This document shows positions 40,453 to 50,351 of a stretch of 64,000 nt of DNA, one piece after another. Position numbers and translations under genes: made by a program. How positions within the stretch are numbered: position 1 is the first letter of the stretch; every line of letters starts with the position of its first letter. The stretch is taken from positions 64,001 through 128,000 of the forward strand of contig JBEKSC010000004.1 of NCBI GenBank assembly GCA_049517415.1. Reading direction: 5' to 3'. Under the pieces are notes generated by a model. It saw nothing but the letters and a program-made list of their open reading frames with translations. It was not told where the DNA came from and ran no database searches. Origin of the DNA: Candidatus Bathyarchaeia archaeon (GTDB lineage: Archaea; Thermoproteota; Bathyarchaeia; 40CM-2-53-6).

Positions 40453-41902
40453 TCAACCAAACGATCGTGAGTACGGTTTGAAACCAGGGACCGTTGGGCC
40501 TCTTGTTGCGAATACGGCCAGGGCGACGGCCCAGGTGCGGTCGTCATGGGTACCGTCTGGGTGGCTGTACTGAATCTTGCCTGCCTTCGTGAGTTGGAAC
40601 CGTTCAATGTTCAGTTCGTTGGCTACATCGAGTTGGTAGGCGATTAGGAGCCGTTTCTGTTGCATCATCATCTTGAGGAAGTTCATGATGTCTTGCTTGG
40701 ATGACTCCGAGAGCATTATGCCCCCGACGTGGGGTACTGATTTCTTCGCTTCTTCTACGACGCTCTCTCCAACGCCGGTCTGGTCCATGAGAATCTTGTG
40801 GATGGTTTGCAGTTTCTGGTTGAGGACTTTGAGGAAGCTGATGACGCCTGTCTCGCCTGTGTAGTCTGTTCCGAGCGGGAAGATCTTCAGGCCCACTAGG
40901 CGGAAGATGTCACCGTCCTTCCTTATGACTGCCACGACACTGTAGTCGACTTTCTTCCCGAGGTCGACGCCGACCCAGTAGTCAGCGCGGGAGGTCTGGG
41001 GGGAGGTCTGTTGACCAGAAGCTGTGGAGTTCGCCGCCAAATTCCTTAATCTCCATTTCCGGATCCGTACAGCCAGTGATTAGCGAAGTAGGGAGCCAGC
41101 AATCGTCGTCTTCGCTCCACTCTGCTTCCATCTCACGGCGCCAACGCCACGGGTCGCTGGCGAACTGTTTCTTGATCTTCGCAAGGATCCCTTTCTTCAG
41201 GGGTCCGTTTGGTTCCAGGGCTTGTTCCCAGTTGACATGGTGACGGCTGTAATCATCGAACTCAGGGTCGTTGCAAATTTTATAGAATATGTGATTGCGG
41301 GACCAGGGCGTCGAGTTAGCGATGAAGAAACCGTTCGTTGTCCCAAGTGTGAAAAGAATAGCGTCGTACAGGTCGACGTCGTCACGGACGAAGTTGAACT
41401 CTGTCGCCAGGATTCCATTCAATGTTGGCCCGCGTATGGTGTCGGGGTTGCATGGGTAGGCTTCGATGATTGAGCCGTTGACTAGGGAGACCTTCGTCTT
41501 CAGCGGTTTCCTTCCGACTAGGATTTCCCGGTAGGGGACATCCTTGGGAAGGCTCTGTTGGATGAATGAGTTGATCTTGCGAATTACCAGCTTGCTTTGC
41601 CGAAAGCTGGGACCCACAACGGCCAGCTGCACTCCATCGTTGGCGACGGCGTACCAGAAGAGCTTGCTGCAAGCTGCGTAGTCTTTCCCCGACTGCCTGG
41701 ACCACAGCTGGGCGATGAATTGCGCCTTGTCTTCGAGGAACTCGACCTGGTATTTCGTGGGTTCGAATCCCAGGGCCTCCTTGCAGAATGCTACCGGGCC
41801 CTTCGCAGCGATCCGCTGTAACCGTTGAAACGCCCCGGTGACTTCGACAACACCTCTGTGGCGTTCCTCAACTTTCTTTTCGAGTTTTCGCCGCCAAGCC
41901 AT
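40453..41902 (-). CDS. terL: Terminase large subunit, split between ATPase (41902-40982) and nuclease (41040-40453) frames
   Basis: 'SRQSGKD' Walker A, 'IRG', 'STP', 'GVDLG', 'DQTGVG', 'HDD...A.ALA'. Confidence 0.9.
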
Positions 41903-42395
41903 CCGAGTCTACCCCTAGCTCTTTGAGGAGGGCATCGACGAATGCATCGTCAGTGTGTTTGAGAATCATGAGTTCTGTTCGCATCAGCCCGTTTGCGACA
42001 CGCAGCGCCAGCAACCTGGCCTCAGCATCCTTCGCAGCGTCCTCGGTCTTGCTGTACAAGACGGCTGCCTGGACGGCCTTCCAGGTGAGTTCCTCGAGGG
42101 CACTTCGTTTTTCGACCCCCGGCAGCTGTGCGTCTTTCTCAGCCTTCATGGGAACCTTGGTTGGATTTTGTCTCTCAAGCTGGGCACGGGTGATGAACTC
42201 CCTGGTGAGGCGTGTTAGGTCCTCAAGGTGTCTGACACCTAATGAATGGGTGTCTGACACCCCTCGTAGATGTTCTTCTACAACCACCCGCAAGTACTCT
42301 CCGACTGGTTGACCCTTCTGCCTGGCCAGGAGACGGATGGCTAGGTCCTTCTTCCTGGAAAGGCGGAATGTTAAACGGGGATTTCCTTTTGACAT
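41868..42395 (-). CDS. Putative terminase small subunit with RHH-like N-terminus
   Basis: Immediately upstream of and overlapping TerL; 'RLTFRLS......LA...G....EYLR'. Confidence 0.6.
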   Translation of the reverse strand: MSKGNPRLTFRLSRKKDLAIRLLARQKGQPVGEYLRVVVEEHLRGVSDTHSLGVRHLEDLTRLTREFITRAQLERQNPTKVPMKAEKDAQLPGVEKRSALEELTWKAVQAAVLYSKTEDAAKDAEARLLALRVANGLMRTELMILKHTDDAFVDALLKELGVDSDGLAAKTRKES

Positions 42396-42397
42396 GG

Positions 42398-42660
42398 TTA
42401 CTTTGCCCCGGCATCCTTCATGGCTTTTAGCGCTGTCTTCTTGACCTTCTTCGCTGCGACCATCACGTTGTTGGCCACCAGGCCAGCGTACATCGCTGCA
42501 GGGACCAGGATCGTGGCCGCGGCCACCTCGGGTGCCTTCCATCGGTACGCCATCCACCACGCGATGCCCAGGATGGCACCGGGGACGACGACCAGTTTCA
42601 GGAGTAACGCGGCGCTCAGATCCTGCGCAAAACCCTCTCTAGCCGCGACAAACGTTACGG
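42398..42660 (-). pseudogene. 5'-truncated membrane protein gene
   Basis: Hydrophobic frame 'ALLLKLVVVPGAILGIAWW...GLVANNV' ending just before TerS, no start seen. Confidence 0.5.
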
Positions 42661-42663
42661 CAG

Positions 42664-42966
42664 TTAATCGCGAGAGTCCGCATTTGAATCCTTTAGCAAT
42701 AGATTTGTCGATGACCGCACGTGGCCCACGTGATTTTCCCGATTGGCGTTATTCGAATTCTCTAAGCGCGACAACGGAAACTCAGTACCCTCCGGCACGA
42801 GGACGATTGCCGGGCCAAACAGGCGCACTAGATACTCTACGGATCGGTCCACTTGGTCTCCTATCGCGACCGGTAGGTACAGGAGGTAACGCTTGCAACG
42901 GTAACGCCCCTTCCGCATGTACCGCTTCCAATACCAAACCAACCGAATACGAGCTATACTCCACAC
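42664..42966 (-). CDS. Small basic hypothetical protein
   Basis: Basic/aromatic ORF co-oriented with the viral genes. Confidence 0.5.
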   Translation of the reverse strand: MWSIARIRLVWYWKRYMRKGRYRCKRYLLYLPVAIGDQVDRSVEYLVRLFGPAIVLVPEGTEFPLSRLENSNNANRENHVGHVRSSTNLLLKDSNADSRD

Positions 42967-43255
42967 ACAACTCGGCCATTAGAATCAGCATCAAGAGCCA
43001 AACAAGCCACCGAAAATTCACATATCCAATACAACCATAAAACCAGCGAGACGCCCACTAACCACCCCGAGACTTCAAGGAAAGTAAAATGAATTGTACG
43101 TGTGGATCCGCGGGCGTAACTAGTGCACTTGTGGTATTCTACTCATGCTGTCACCCCACCGGCGGCGGGAGGAGGGTACTCCTAAATACTCCTGTCATCA
43201 TGACGACGCTGTTTGGCTATAGAATCGCTATAGCTAGGTTGAGGTCGAAGTCGGG

Positions 43256-43468
43256 TTGTCGGATAGGTCGTTTCACGTAAACATACGAAGAGATGAGGCG
43301 GGGTACTATGTGGCTCACTGCCTAGAACTTCCGGCAGCTATGACCGAAGCAAAAACTGAAGAAGAAGTTATTCGCAGAATCAAAGAAGCTATTCATTTAG
43401 TTCTTGAAGGGACACACGAAGGAGAGACAGCGAAACTCGCCGTAAAGGCAGTCGAAATTGTGGCGTAG
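43256..43468 (+). CDS. HicB family antitoxin
   Basis: 'DEAGYYVAHCLELP...TEA.T.EE....IKEAI'. Confidence 0.9.
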   Translation: MSDRSFHVNIRRDEAGYYVAHCLELPAAMTEAKTEEEVIRRIKEAIHLVLEGTHEGETAKLAVKAVEIVA

Positions 43469-43537
43469 TTGTCCAAACTTCCGCGAATTTCTGGGAGATG
43501 CTGGTAGGGTACAATCGCAGTCTACGAACCTATTTAG

Positions 43538-43849
43538 GTGAGGATTTCCTTACTCAACGACGAAACCGTGACCAGCGAGCTTACCTTCAAAAAGGTGAAA
43601 GTTTCGGACAAGGGGCAGATTTCGCTGCCAATGGAAATCCAACGAGAAGTCGGTATAAAGAAGGGCGACGAACTCCTTCTGATCAGAAAAGGGCAGAAGA
43701 TAGTTCTGGAGAAGCCTCGAAGAATCGTCAAGGCTCTTGAGGATGAGTTCGCAGAATTGCAAGATATTTCCGAAGCTTCGTTACGACGCATGTGGCTAAG
43801 GAAGAAGGAAGATATCTGGGACCGGTACCTTGAGGCGAGCATTAAGTGA
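43538..43849 (+). CDS. AbrB/MazE family antitoxin
   Basis: 'VSDKGQISLP', 'SEASL...W...EDIWD'. Confidence 0.9.
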   Translation: MRISLLNDETVTSELTFKKVKVSDKGQISLPMEIQREVGIKKGDELLLIRKGQKIVLEKPRRIVKALEDEFAELQDISEASLRRMWLRKKEDIWDRYLEASIK

Positions 43850-43986
43850 TTTTCCAGCGTGATATCGTTTTACTCTCATTCCCATTCACATTTCTACTAC
43901 AACCATAAAACCGGCAAGACGCCTACCGGTGGAACAAGCGGGGTCGATGAATCAGGAACCCCACGACCTTTAGACGTGGGAGTATG

Positions 43987-45501
43987 TCACGGTGGGATTT
44001 TTCTGAATGGGAAGGCTGCGTAGCTGAAGGGTGTATCGAAGAAAAACCCAACTAGGACGAAGAAGACGTAAGCCAGTAATACGCTTCTTGGAATATTTTT
44101 GTTGCTAACCATCAGGGCGACTGCGCCGGCTACCGCGGGTACCGTGTTTTGGAAATAGAAGATGTACGAGATTCTGTTGCCGATGTATGAAAGTGGAAAG
44201 AAGGGAAAGTAGGTCGCCGCAAACCAGCAGAGCATGAGGAGAGCGAGCTGACTGTTCTTTTCATCGTAGCGGTATAGGGCGTACACCATGGCGGGAATCG
44301 TCAGGTAGAGAATGAATGGGTTCATCGCCCCCCAAAAAGCAATAGTCTGATACGTGATTCCCCCAGTGGAGACGCTCACTCCGAGATACGGAATCGGAAC
44401 TTGGTTGAACAACCAGTCGAGCGGTCGGCTTTCGATTCCTACCGGAGCAGCTCGAACTAGCGCAAGCGTGTAACTGTAAATGAAACGTATATGATCGAAG
44501 GGATCCCTGCCACTAACAAAACGGTCAAGCACGAACAGGAGTGTGAATCCCGTGGCAGCATAATAGAAACTAAAGGGCAGCAGCCATTTTAGTTTCGGGA
44601 TCAGTATCGACCGCCATTTCTTTATCAATTCATTCGGGCGCACATCTCTCAGTACGTGAAAGATTACTATCACAAGAAAGCCGTAGAATCCACCGATCTT
44701 GGTAAGCGTGCTGAGTGCGAGGGCTACGGCTGAAAGCTTAGTCCTCTCCGAGAAGTACAGGTAGAAACCTAGCAGCATGAATGCTAAGGTGAATATGTCA
44801 AGAATTGCAATCCTGCTATCTACGTAGATTAGGTTGTCGAAGCTGAAAAGAAACGTAGCCAGGAACGAATATTTGCCATTCTTGCTAGTTTTTTTCATCA
44901 ACAAATAAAATAGAAGGATTGAGACTGAGCCCATTATGACGCTTGGAAGACGCCAACCCCACGCATTGTCGCCCAGCAACTTCATCGAGGCCGCGATCAT
45001 CAACTTCGCTAGCGGCGGATGTTCCTGGTTGGGGTCGGTGCCGGGAACGGCGTTCGGATAAGGTATCTTCGTGGGGTCCGGTCCCTGAGGCCATCCCAGC
45101 AGGTTTCGCGCCACGTTCACGTAGTAGTATTCATCAAAGATTAACGTCCCACCAGTCCCATACCCGCTCGGGACATCAAGCCAAACAACTCGTAAAGCGA
45201 TCGCGATAAGAAATAGAACGAGAAAGAATCTATCCCACTTGTAGCCTAAGCTCAAGTCGAAGAACCTTCCCTTTGCGCCGACTTTCACCGGCACGCCCGT
45301 GTCCTGCGAAGTTTGCATAACTTGGTCAGCGCTCCCTAGCGCCGCTAAAACTGAAACACACCAATGACGTTCGCCAATTTGACCCGCAACGCTATTTATA
45401 ACATTCTGGTTCTTGGTTCTGTCTAATCTTCGGGAGATTTGACTCATCTGCATCGACTGAGGGATTCCCGTCAGTCTCGGATTCCCATACCATCGCTTCA
45501 A
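43987..45501 (-). CDS. Dolichyl-phosphate-mannose-protein mannosyltransferase (PMT/GT39-like); true start probably downstream
   Basis: 'FDEYYYV', 'EHPPLAK', 'WGWRLPS', polytopic. Confidence 0.9.
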   Translation of the reverse strand: MKRWYGNPRLTGIPQSMQMSQISRRLDRTKNQNVINSVAGQIGERHWCVSVLAALGSADQVMQTSQDTGVPVKVGAKGRFFDLSLGYKWDRFFLVLFLIAIALRVVWLDVPSGYGTGGTLIFDEYYYVNVARNLLGWPQGPDPTKIPYPNAVPGTDPNQEHPPLAKLMIAASMKLLGDNAWGWRLPSVIMGSVSILLFYLLMKKTSKNGKYSFLATFLFSFDNLIYVDSRIAILDIFTLAFMLLGFYLYFSERTKLSAVALALSTLTKIGGFYGFLVIVIFHVLRDVRPNELIKKWRSILIPKLKWLLPFSFYYAATGFTLLFVLDRFVSGRDPFDHIRFIYSYTLALVRAAPVGIESRPLDWLFNQVPIPYLGVSVSTGGITYQTIAFWGAMNPFILYLTIPAMVYALYRYDEKNSQLALLMLCWFAATYFPFFPLSYIGNRISYIFYFQNTVPAVAGAVALMVSNKNIPRSVLLAYVFFVLVGFFFDTPFSYAAFPFRKIPP

Positions 45502-46117
45502 TTGCAGACGCGACGGCCCCGAACCTCACGGCTCTCATCCGGCATCCACCGGATCAGCTAGACCATTCGCGCAGTCAGGGTTTTACGCTCGGTCAAAGCA
45601 ACCAATTACCCAACATCGGCCCAGTCGGCTAATTCGGGTAAGAACCCACATACCGCCATAAGACCAGGCTTCATCAACTGATGACTAGACAAGGCATAGC
45701 TGGAACCGCAGAATTAAAGCGGGAAGGTGAATGAAACTAGTCAATCTTCCGAGGGTTTGACAGAACCTGGTTCTTCATTAATGGTTCGACATCATCGAAG
45801 GACCACAGGTTCAATGTCGAGGGCTGAAATCCTACGAGCCCTACCGGATGAATCATCTTCAATGTGAGCGTATGAGTGCAAGTTTACACACGATTTGTTC
45901 GCGGATGTCTTTATCATAGAAGACATTGACACTCCAGCCTCTTCCTTCAAACCGCCTACTTCGATCGGTTTGAGCTTCGAAAAACGAAGGTTTGACAGAA
46001 CCAAACGCCAGCAGAGGTCTACTTGAAAGGTGTGTCAAATCTGAGACATATTACGACTTCGTACGAAGGTTATATATACAAGAACGAAGAAGGGCAAGTC
46101 CTTACGTGGTAAATAGT

Positions 46118-46924
46118 TTGCAAAGTAGATTGATGCGAAAGATTGCACTGGTTACGATTCTTATGCTCCTTCCAATGTTCATGGTCCAATTCACGCCTGT
46201 ATTCGCCGTTACTACTAACACCACGACCACGATCACCGTTACGAGTACGAAGACTATTTCCGCTACTACCACCTCAATCGCGAGTACGGTGCTGAAAACT
46301 GCGACCGTTACTGCGACTCAGACCGCTACTGTCACTACTACGAGTACCGACGTTGACTTTGCCACGACGGTTTCGACTTCGACCGTTTCTGCTAGCGCAA
46401 CTAAAACTGTAACTTCAGTTGCAAGTACGACTAATACTGCTACTCGTACTGTTACGCTAGTTTCTACGGCTTCCGCGGTTACCGTGACTCCAATTATTAC
46501 TGCGGCAACCGTGACCTCAACGCCGCTAACTACCGCCTCTACAGCAACCGTGACTGCAACGAGTACCGTGGCTACGGTGCACGTGACCGCAACTACAGTT
46601 ACTACGATCTTCCGCACTGTTACTCTCGGGGTTACCTACGTTCACACCCGTCATGCCACGACTAGCCAGACTGTTACTTCCACCTCATTCAGCCCTGTCG
46701 TTACGCTAACTACAGCCCTCACTACGGTGCGGGTGCCTGTAACTACTACTGTCACTACAACCAAGGTTACCACTAGCACTAGCACCAGCACGAACACTGT
46801 TGTGGTGAGCACTAAGACTAGCACTCAAACTTCAACCGGTACGGAGATCGTCGTAGTGACTACGACTCCTCCCACAGTGACTACTGTCACCACCACCACG
46901 GTGACGACAACGGAGACGACATAA
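46118..46924 (+). CDS. Secreted Thr-rich protein A
   Basis: TATA (ttatatat) at about 46070, TTG start aligned with the paralogue, signal peptide, T/V alternating body. Confidence 0.8.
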   Translation: MQSRLMRKIALVTILMLLPMFMVQFTPVFAVTTNTTTTITVTSTKTISATTTSIASTVLKTATVTATQTATVTTTSTDVDFATTVSTSTVSASATKTVTSVASTTNTATRTVTLVSTASAVTVTPIITAATVTSTPLTTASTATVTATSTVATVHVTATTVTTIFRTVTLGVTYVHTRHATTSQTVTSTSFSPVVTLTTALTTVRVPVTTTVTTTKVTTSTSTSTNTVVVSTKTSTQTSTGTEIVVVTTTPPTVTTVTTTTVTTTETT

Positions 46925-46939
46925 TAGGAGGCCAGTAAT

Positions 46940-47755
46940 TTGAAAAGTAGATTTATTCGAAACGCGGCGTTGGTTACCGTACTTATGCTGCTCCCAATGT
47001 TCATGGTTCAAGTCAATCCTATATTCGCCCTGCCGCCCGCAATCACTATAACCCATTCCACTTCTACCACTATCACCTCAGTCGTAGCTACGTTGGTGAA
47101 GGGAACCACTACTACTGCGACGTCGACTGCTTCCGCCACCGTTACGCGTACTACGACTAGTGTGTTCAGTACGGTTCAGACTTCCACTCTTTCCGCGACC
47201 GTAACTCAGACCTCGACTTCAACTGCGACTGCAACCGTGACTAATACTAAGTCGGTTACGGTGGTTTCTGCGGCTTCTACGAGTACCGTGACTCCAACCA
47301 AAACTGCGGCAACCGTCACCACAACGCCGACCGCGACCGCCGCTACTGCGACCGTGACTGCAACTAGTACTGCGGCTACCCTGCGTGTCCCCGCAACTAC
47401 TACTGCTACCGATACCGACACTACTCATGTGACCGTTACCTCCTATCAGTACACTGACATTCATGTTACGGTTACCTCGACTTACACTGTATTCTCTCCG
47501 ACTGTTACGCTAACTACTACTGCGGCTACCTTGCGCGTGACTGCAACTAGTACTACCGTCAGCCACACAGCCACTGCGACTAGCGTTACAACTGCGCCTG
47601 CAACCGTGACGAAGACTGCGAGTAGCACCTCAACCTCAACCGTTACCGTCCTCCACATAGCTAAGACAACTACTCAGACTACGACCGCTGCCACTCCCAC
47701 TGTAACAGTAGTCACCACGTCGACAGTATGCACAGGCAACGGTTGCCCAGATTAA
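46940..47755 (+). CDS. Secreted Thr-rich protein B
   Basis: GGAGG RBS, signal peptide nearly identical to A, body highly similar to 5141-5781. Confidence 0.85.
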   Translation: MKSRFIRNAALVTVLMLLPMFMVQVNPIFALPPAITITHSTSTTITSVVATLVKGTTTTATSTASATVTRTTTSVFSTVQTSTLSATVTQTSTSTATATVTNTKSVTVVSAASTSTVTPTKTAATVTTTPTATAATATVTATSTAATLRVPATTTATDTDTTHVTVTSYQYTDIHVTVTSTYTVFSPTVTLTTTAATLRVTATSTTVSHTATATSVTTAPATVTKTASSTSTSTVTVLHIAKTTTQTTTAATPTVTVVTTSTVCTGNGCPD

Positions 47756-47794
47756 CAGTAGTCACCACGGTGACAACAACAACAGGCCTCTGAG

Positions 47795-47830
47795 GCGCCT
47801 CCTCCTCCCCACCGTTCTCTTTTCTTTTCA
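47795..47830 (+). terminator. Pyrimidine/oligo-T archaeal terminator
   Basis: ctctttttcttttc after the Thr-rich operon. Confidence 0.45.
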
Positions 47831-48126
47831 TATCCTCCGCCCTACCCTTCCGCCTTCACCTTCGAGAAATTGCCACTCTCACTTACACTAAGGCCAGCAC
47901 TAAGGTTCCCACGAGCTCTGCGAGTTACCACTTAGGCCGTTTCACCTAAGTTGAATTTCCGTGAGTAGGCCCAATAATAATCAATCATCAGGCTTCATCG
48001 ACTGGTGACTCACAACGGATACGTTCTCAATCGCAATTAAGGCGGCCAGCTGGGTAAAAATGAGTGCCAACGATAGATGTAACAGAGTCGGTACTTAGTA
48101 TGCGGGAGCTAGAAGTTCTTCGCCCA

Positions 48127-48630
48127 TCAGCGTTCTTTCTCGGTCAGAAGACGACCCAGGATTTTCTGCGGCTCTGTCTCCACGTTAGCTGCTTGCAGGT
48201 TGGCTAGTTTCGCGACTTCAATCAACTCTGCGTCTGCGCTAAGGAAGAAATCGCACTCGAGGTTCTTCGCCGTTGCGATCTGGATGGCGTCAGCTTCGTA
48301 GATGTGGCTTGAAAGAATCAGACGCCAAGCATCAACGAATATCTTGGCAGTTGGAGAACGTATGTCGAGGTAGCCAAGCCTAAACAGTTTTATCGTTTCT
48401 GCGATAAAATTCCTAATGCTAGTCCCAAACTGAGGGTCCGAGATGACTTTCCTGCGGAGATGTTGGTCAAGCGCACCTATCAGTTCGCCCACGTTCCACA
48501 TCGAGAACGATATCCTAAGGGCACCCACCTCGGCTCGGCCGTAGACATCATCAACGAGCTGGGATCCTTTCTCTTCGACATACCTCTTGACGATGGCGCT
48601 TGTGTCAAGATACACGTTTTTTGCGCTCAT
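48127..48630 (-). CDS. VapC/PIN toxin
   Basis: 'VYLDTSAIVKRY', 'ADAIQIATA', 'SAD..L'. Confidence 0.9.
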   Translation of the reverse strand: MSAKNVYLDTSAIVKRYVEEKGSQLVDDVYGRAEVGALRISFSMWNVGELIGALDQHLRRKVISDPQFGTSIRNFIAETIKLFRLGYLDIRSPTAKIFVDAWRLILSSHIYEADAIQIATAKNLECDFFLSADAELIEVAKLANLQAANVETEPQKILGRLLTEKER

Positions 48631-48928
48631 CTCTCATCCGTCTGATCGTTCTCGCTGTCGATACCCTGACCTTCGGCCTATGACTTACGATCTCTTGAGA
48701 TGAAGGATATGAGTCCAAGACAATTCCAGCGCTGGACGCAAAAGCTTCGAGGACCGCGACAGGCGTAAAGCTGCTTAGAGCTTCCTCAACGCCAGCGCTC
48801 ATCTTTCTTCTCGTCCCGTAAGCTGCTTCCACGAACCGCCTGAACTCGCTCCAAACCTTCTCGTCCAGGACAAGCGTCGTCTTAACAGTCGCCAAGAGCC
48901 TCCGCCATCTGGAAGGTATACCGTACAA
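48605..48928 (-). CDS. Putative antitoxin
   Basis: RHH-like 'KTTLVLDEKVW..F', C-terminal 'IRRMRDER', overlaps the PIN gene. Confidence 0.8.
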   Translation of the reverse strand: MYGIPSRWRRLLATVKTTLVLDEKVWSEFRRFVEAAYGTRRKMSAGVEEALSSFTPVAVLEAFASSAGIVLDSYPSSQEIVSHRPKVRVSTARTIRRMRDERKKRVS

Positions 48929-49022
48929 CCTTATTATTATCCCTTCCCCGTGGCGGTCCGGGTTCGGTCTCGAAACTTTGGTTTGGCGAAAGAGAAAATG
49001 ACGAATCGATCAAGTTTGCGTT

Positions 49023-49159
49023 CGAGCACCCAATCTTCAACCGTTACGGTGCTGGTCGTAAGCCATACGGTAACGCAGACAACTACTCAGACTACGACTG
49101 CGACTCCGGCTACTGTAACAGTAGTCACCACGGTGACAACAACAAGAGGTCAAATTTGA
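49023..49159 (+). pseudogene. Duplicated 3' end of a Thr-rich protein gene
   Basis: Shares actgtaacagtagtcaccacggtgacaacaacaa with 5747-5781 and its taacag.. core with 47753-47784. Confidence 0.8.
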
Positions 49160-49382
49160 CCAATAGAAGAACACGAGACGCTTCCTTTCCCCTAGCTTTC
49201 TCTTTGTCGGTTAATGGCCTCGTATACCTAATCAGTGCGCGATATTCAGAATGAGGCCACCCAAGGAAGGAAAGGTATAGTGAACCCAACGTCTATAGCA
49301 GCTCCCGAATCCTCCCACCAGAACAGTATCGAATCTCGGCTTTCCTTGGAAGCTAGAGCTTTTAGCGAGTTACTCGTGAAGT

Positions 49383-49601
49383 GTGGCCAGGCGAGTTGAG
49401 TTGAAGAAGCGGTTCTTCGTTGCAATCGATTTCTCGAGGTACAAGGGCAGGTACGTGGCAGTGGTCGGAAAGAGAGTCGTTGCTAGTGGAACCAACGCGA
49501 AACAAGTGTGGTTAGAGGCCAAGAGGAAGAATCCTACCGCTCGACCAGAACTCCACAAGGTCCCGAAGGGCGAGACGCTCGTGTTGATTATATGCGGGTA
49601 G
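49383..49601 (+). CDS. DUF5678-like protein
   Basis: 'YKGRYVAVVG.RVVASG..AKQV..EAK'. Confidence 0.85.
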   Translation: MARRVELKKRFFVAIDFSRYKGRYVAVVGKRVVASGTNAKQVWLEAKRKNPTARPELHKVPKGETLVLIICG

Positions 49602-49987
49602 AGTTTCCCTACCGTAAAGAGAAGTCTTCGACTTTCAGGGTAATTTTTCGGCCAGTTGCAAAAGTGATCTTGGAAGACGAATTTGATCAATGGTTATACG
49701 TTGACTCGGGAGCAGACATAACCCTCATTCCTCTGTCGGTTGGGGACCTAATCGGGTTACGCCGATTGAAGCAGGATAAGCTGCGGAGGATCATGGGGGT
49801 CGGCAAATCTTCCGTCCCAATCATTGTCAAAACAGTATCGATGCGCATAGGCTCCATGAGTTTCCGAGCGAGAGTTGCTTGGAGTCAAGTGGAAGAGGTC
49901 CCGCTCCTCCTCGGAAGAACAGATGTTTTCCGTAAGTTCTCTGTGACATTTAGGGAGAAGGAAGGCATAACAATTTTCAGGGCATAG
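49592..49987 (+). CDS. Retropepsin-like aspartyl protease
   Basis: 'VDSGADITLIP' and 'LLGRTDVF'. Confidence 0.9.
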   Translation: MRVEFPYRKEKSSTFRVIFRPVAKVILEDEFDQWLYVDSGADITLIPLSVGDLIGLRRLKQDKLRRIMGVGKSSVPIIVKTVSMRIGSMSFRARVAWSQVEEVPLLLGRTDVFRKFSVTFREKEGITIFRA

Positions 49988-50114
49988 ACAACGAACGATG
50001 CTACGCTGGCCGTATTTCGAAACGAATCTGGCATACGAATATCGTGTAATCAATCATTTTGCTCTTGAGAGGTAAGGCTTTATGCTATTTCCCACTTATT
50101 TGGTGGGATTATGC

Positions 50115-50351
50115 ATGACTCAGACTGTTGTCGATCAACGTGGGAGAGTCCTCATCCCAGAGGATGTGAGAGAAGGGGCAGGGCTGGATGAGGGAACCAT
50201 AGTTAGGGTTGAGAATCAGGAAGATGGGATATTGATCAAGCCCATTCGCAGAGGTAAGAGAACTTGGAGGGAACTTTGCGGACTTATCCCGAAAAGGACC
50301 GGTAAACCAGAATGGCCTACCACAGAAGAGATCAAAAGCATCTGGCGATAG
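50115..50351 (+). CDS. AbrB/MazE antitoxin
   Basis: 'VDQRGRVLIPEDVRE..GL..G'; TCCCAC/GTGGGA operator upstream. Confidence 0.9.
   Translation: MTQTVVDQRGRVLIPEDVREGAGLDEGTIVRVENQEDGILIKPIRRGKRTWRELCGLIPKRTGKPEWPTTEEIKSIWR

Larger units (their letters stand above)
15831..43060 (-). mobile_element. Head-tail (Caudoviricetes, siphovirus-like) provirus remnant or GTA-like morphogenesis cluster
   Basis: Colinear TerS-TerL-portal-protease-MCP-connector-tail tube-chaperone-tape measure-tail tip on one strand. Boundaries are approximate and no att sites were seen. Confidence 0.9.
43030..43926. repeat. Imperfect ~29-bp direct repeats (43030-43058, 43898-43926) flanking an antitoxin cassette
   Basis: tacaaccataaaaccagcgagacgcccac vs tacaaccataaaaccggcaagacgcctac. 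Confidence 0.8.

Noticed and set aside
40985..41060. BHB intron explaining the TerL split
   Set aside because: Candidate 4-bp helices either lack an adjacent intron stem or do not restore the frame
42420..43040. 206-aa plus-strand ORF and similar antisense ORFs across the viral and Thr-rich genes
   Set aside because: Shadows of better-supported opposite-strand genes
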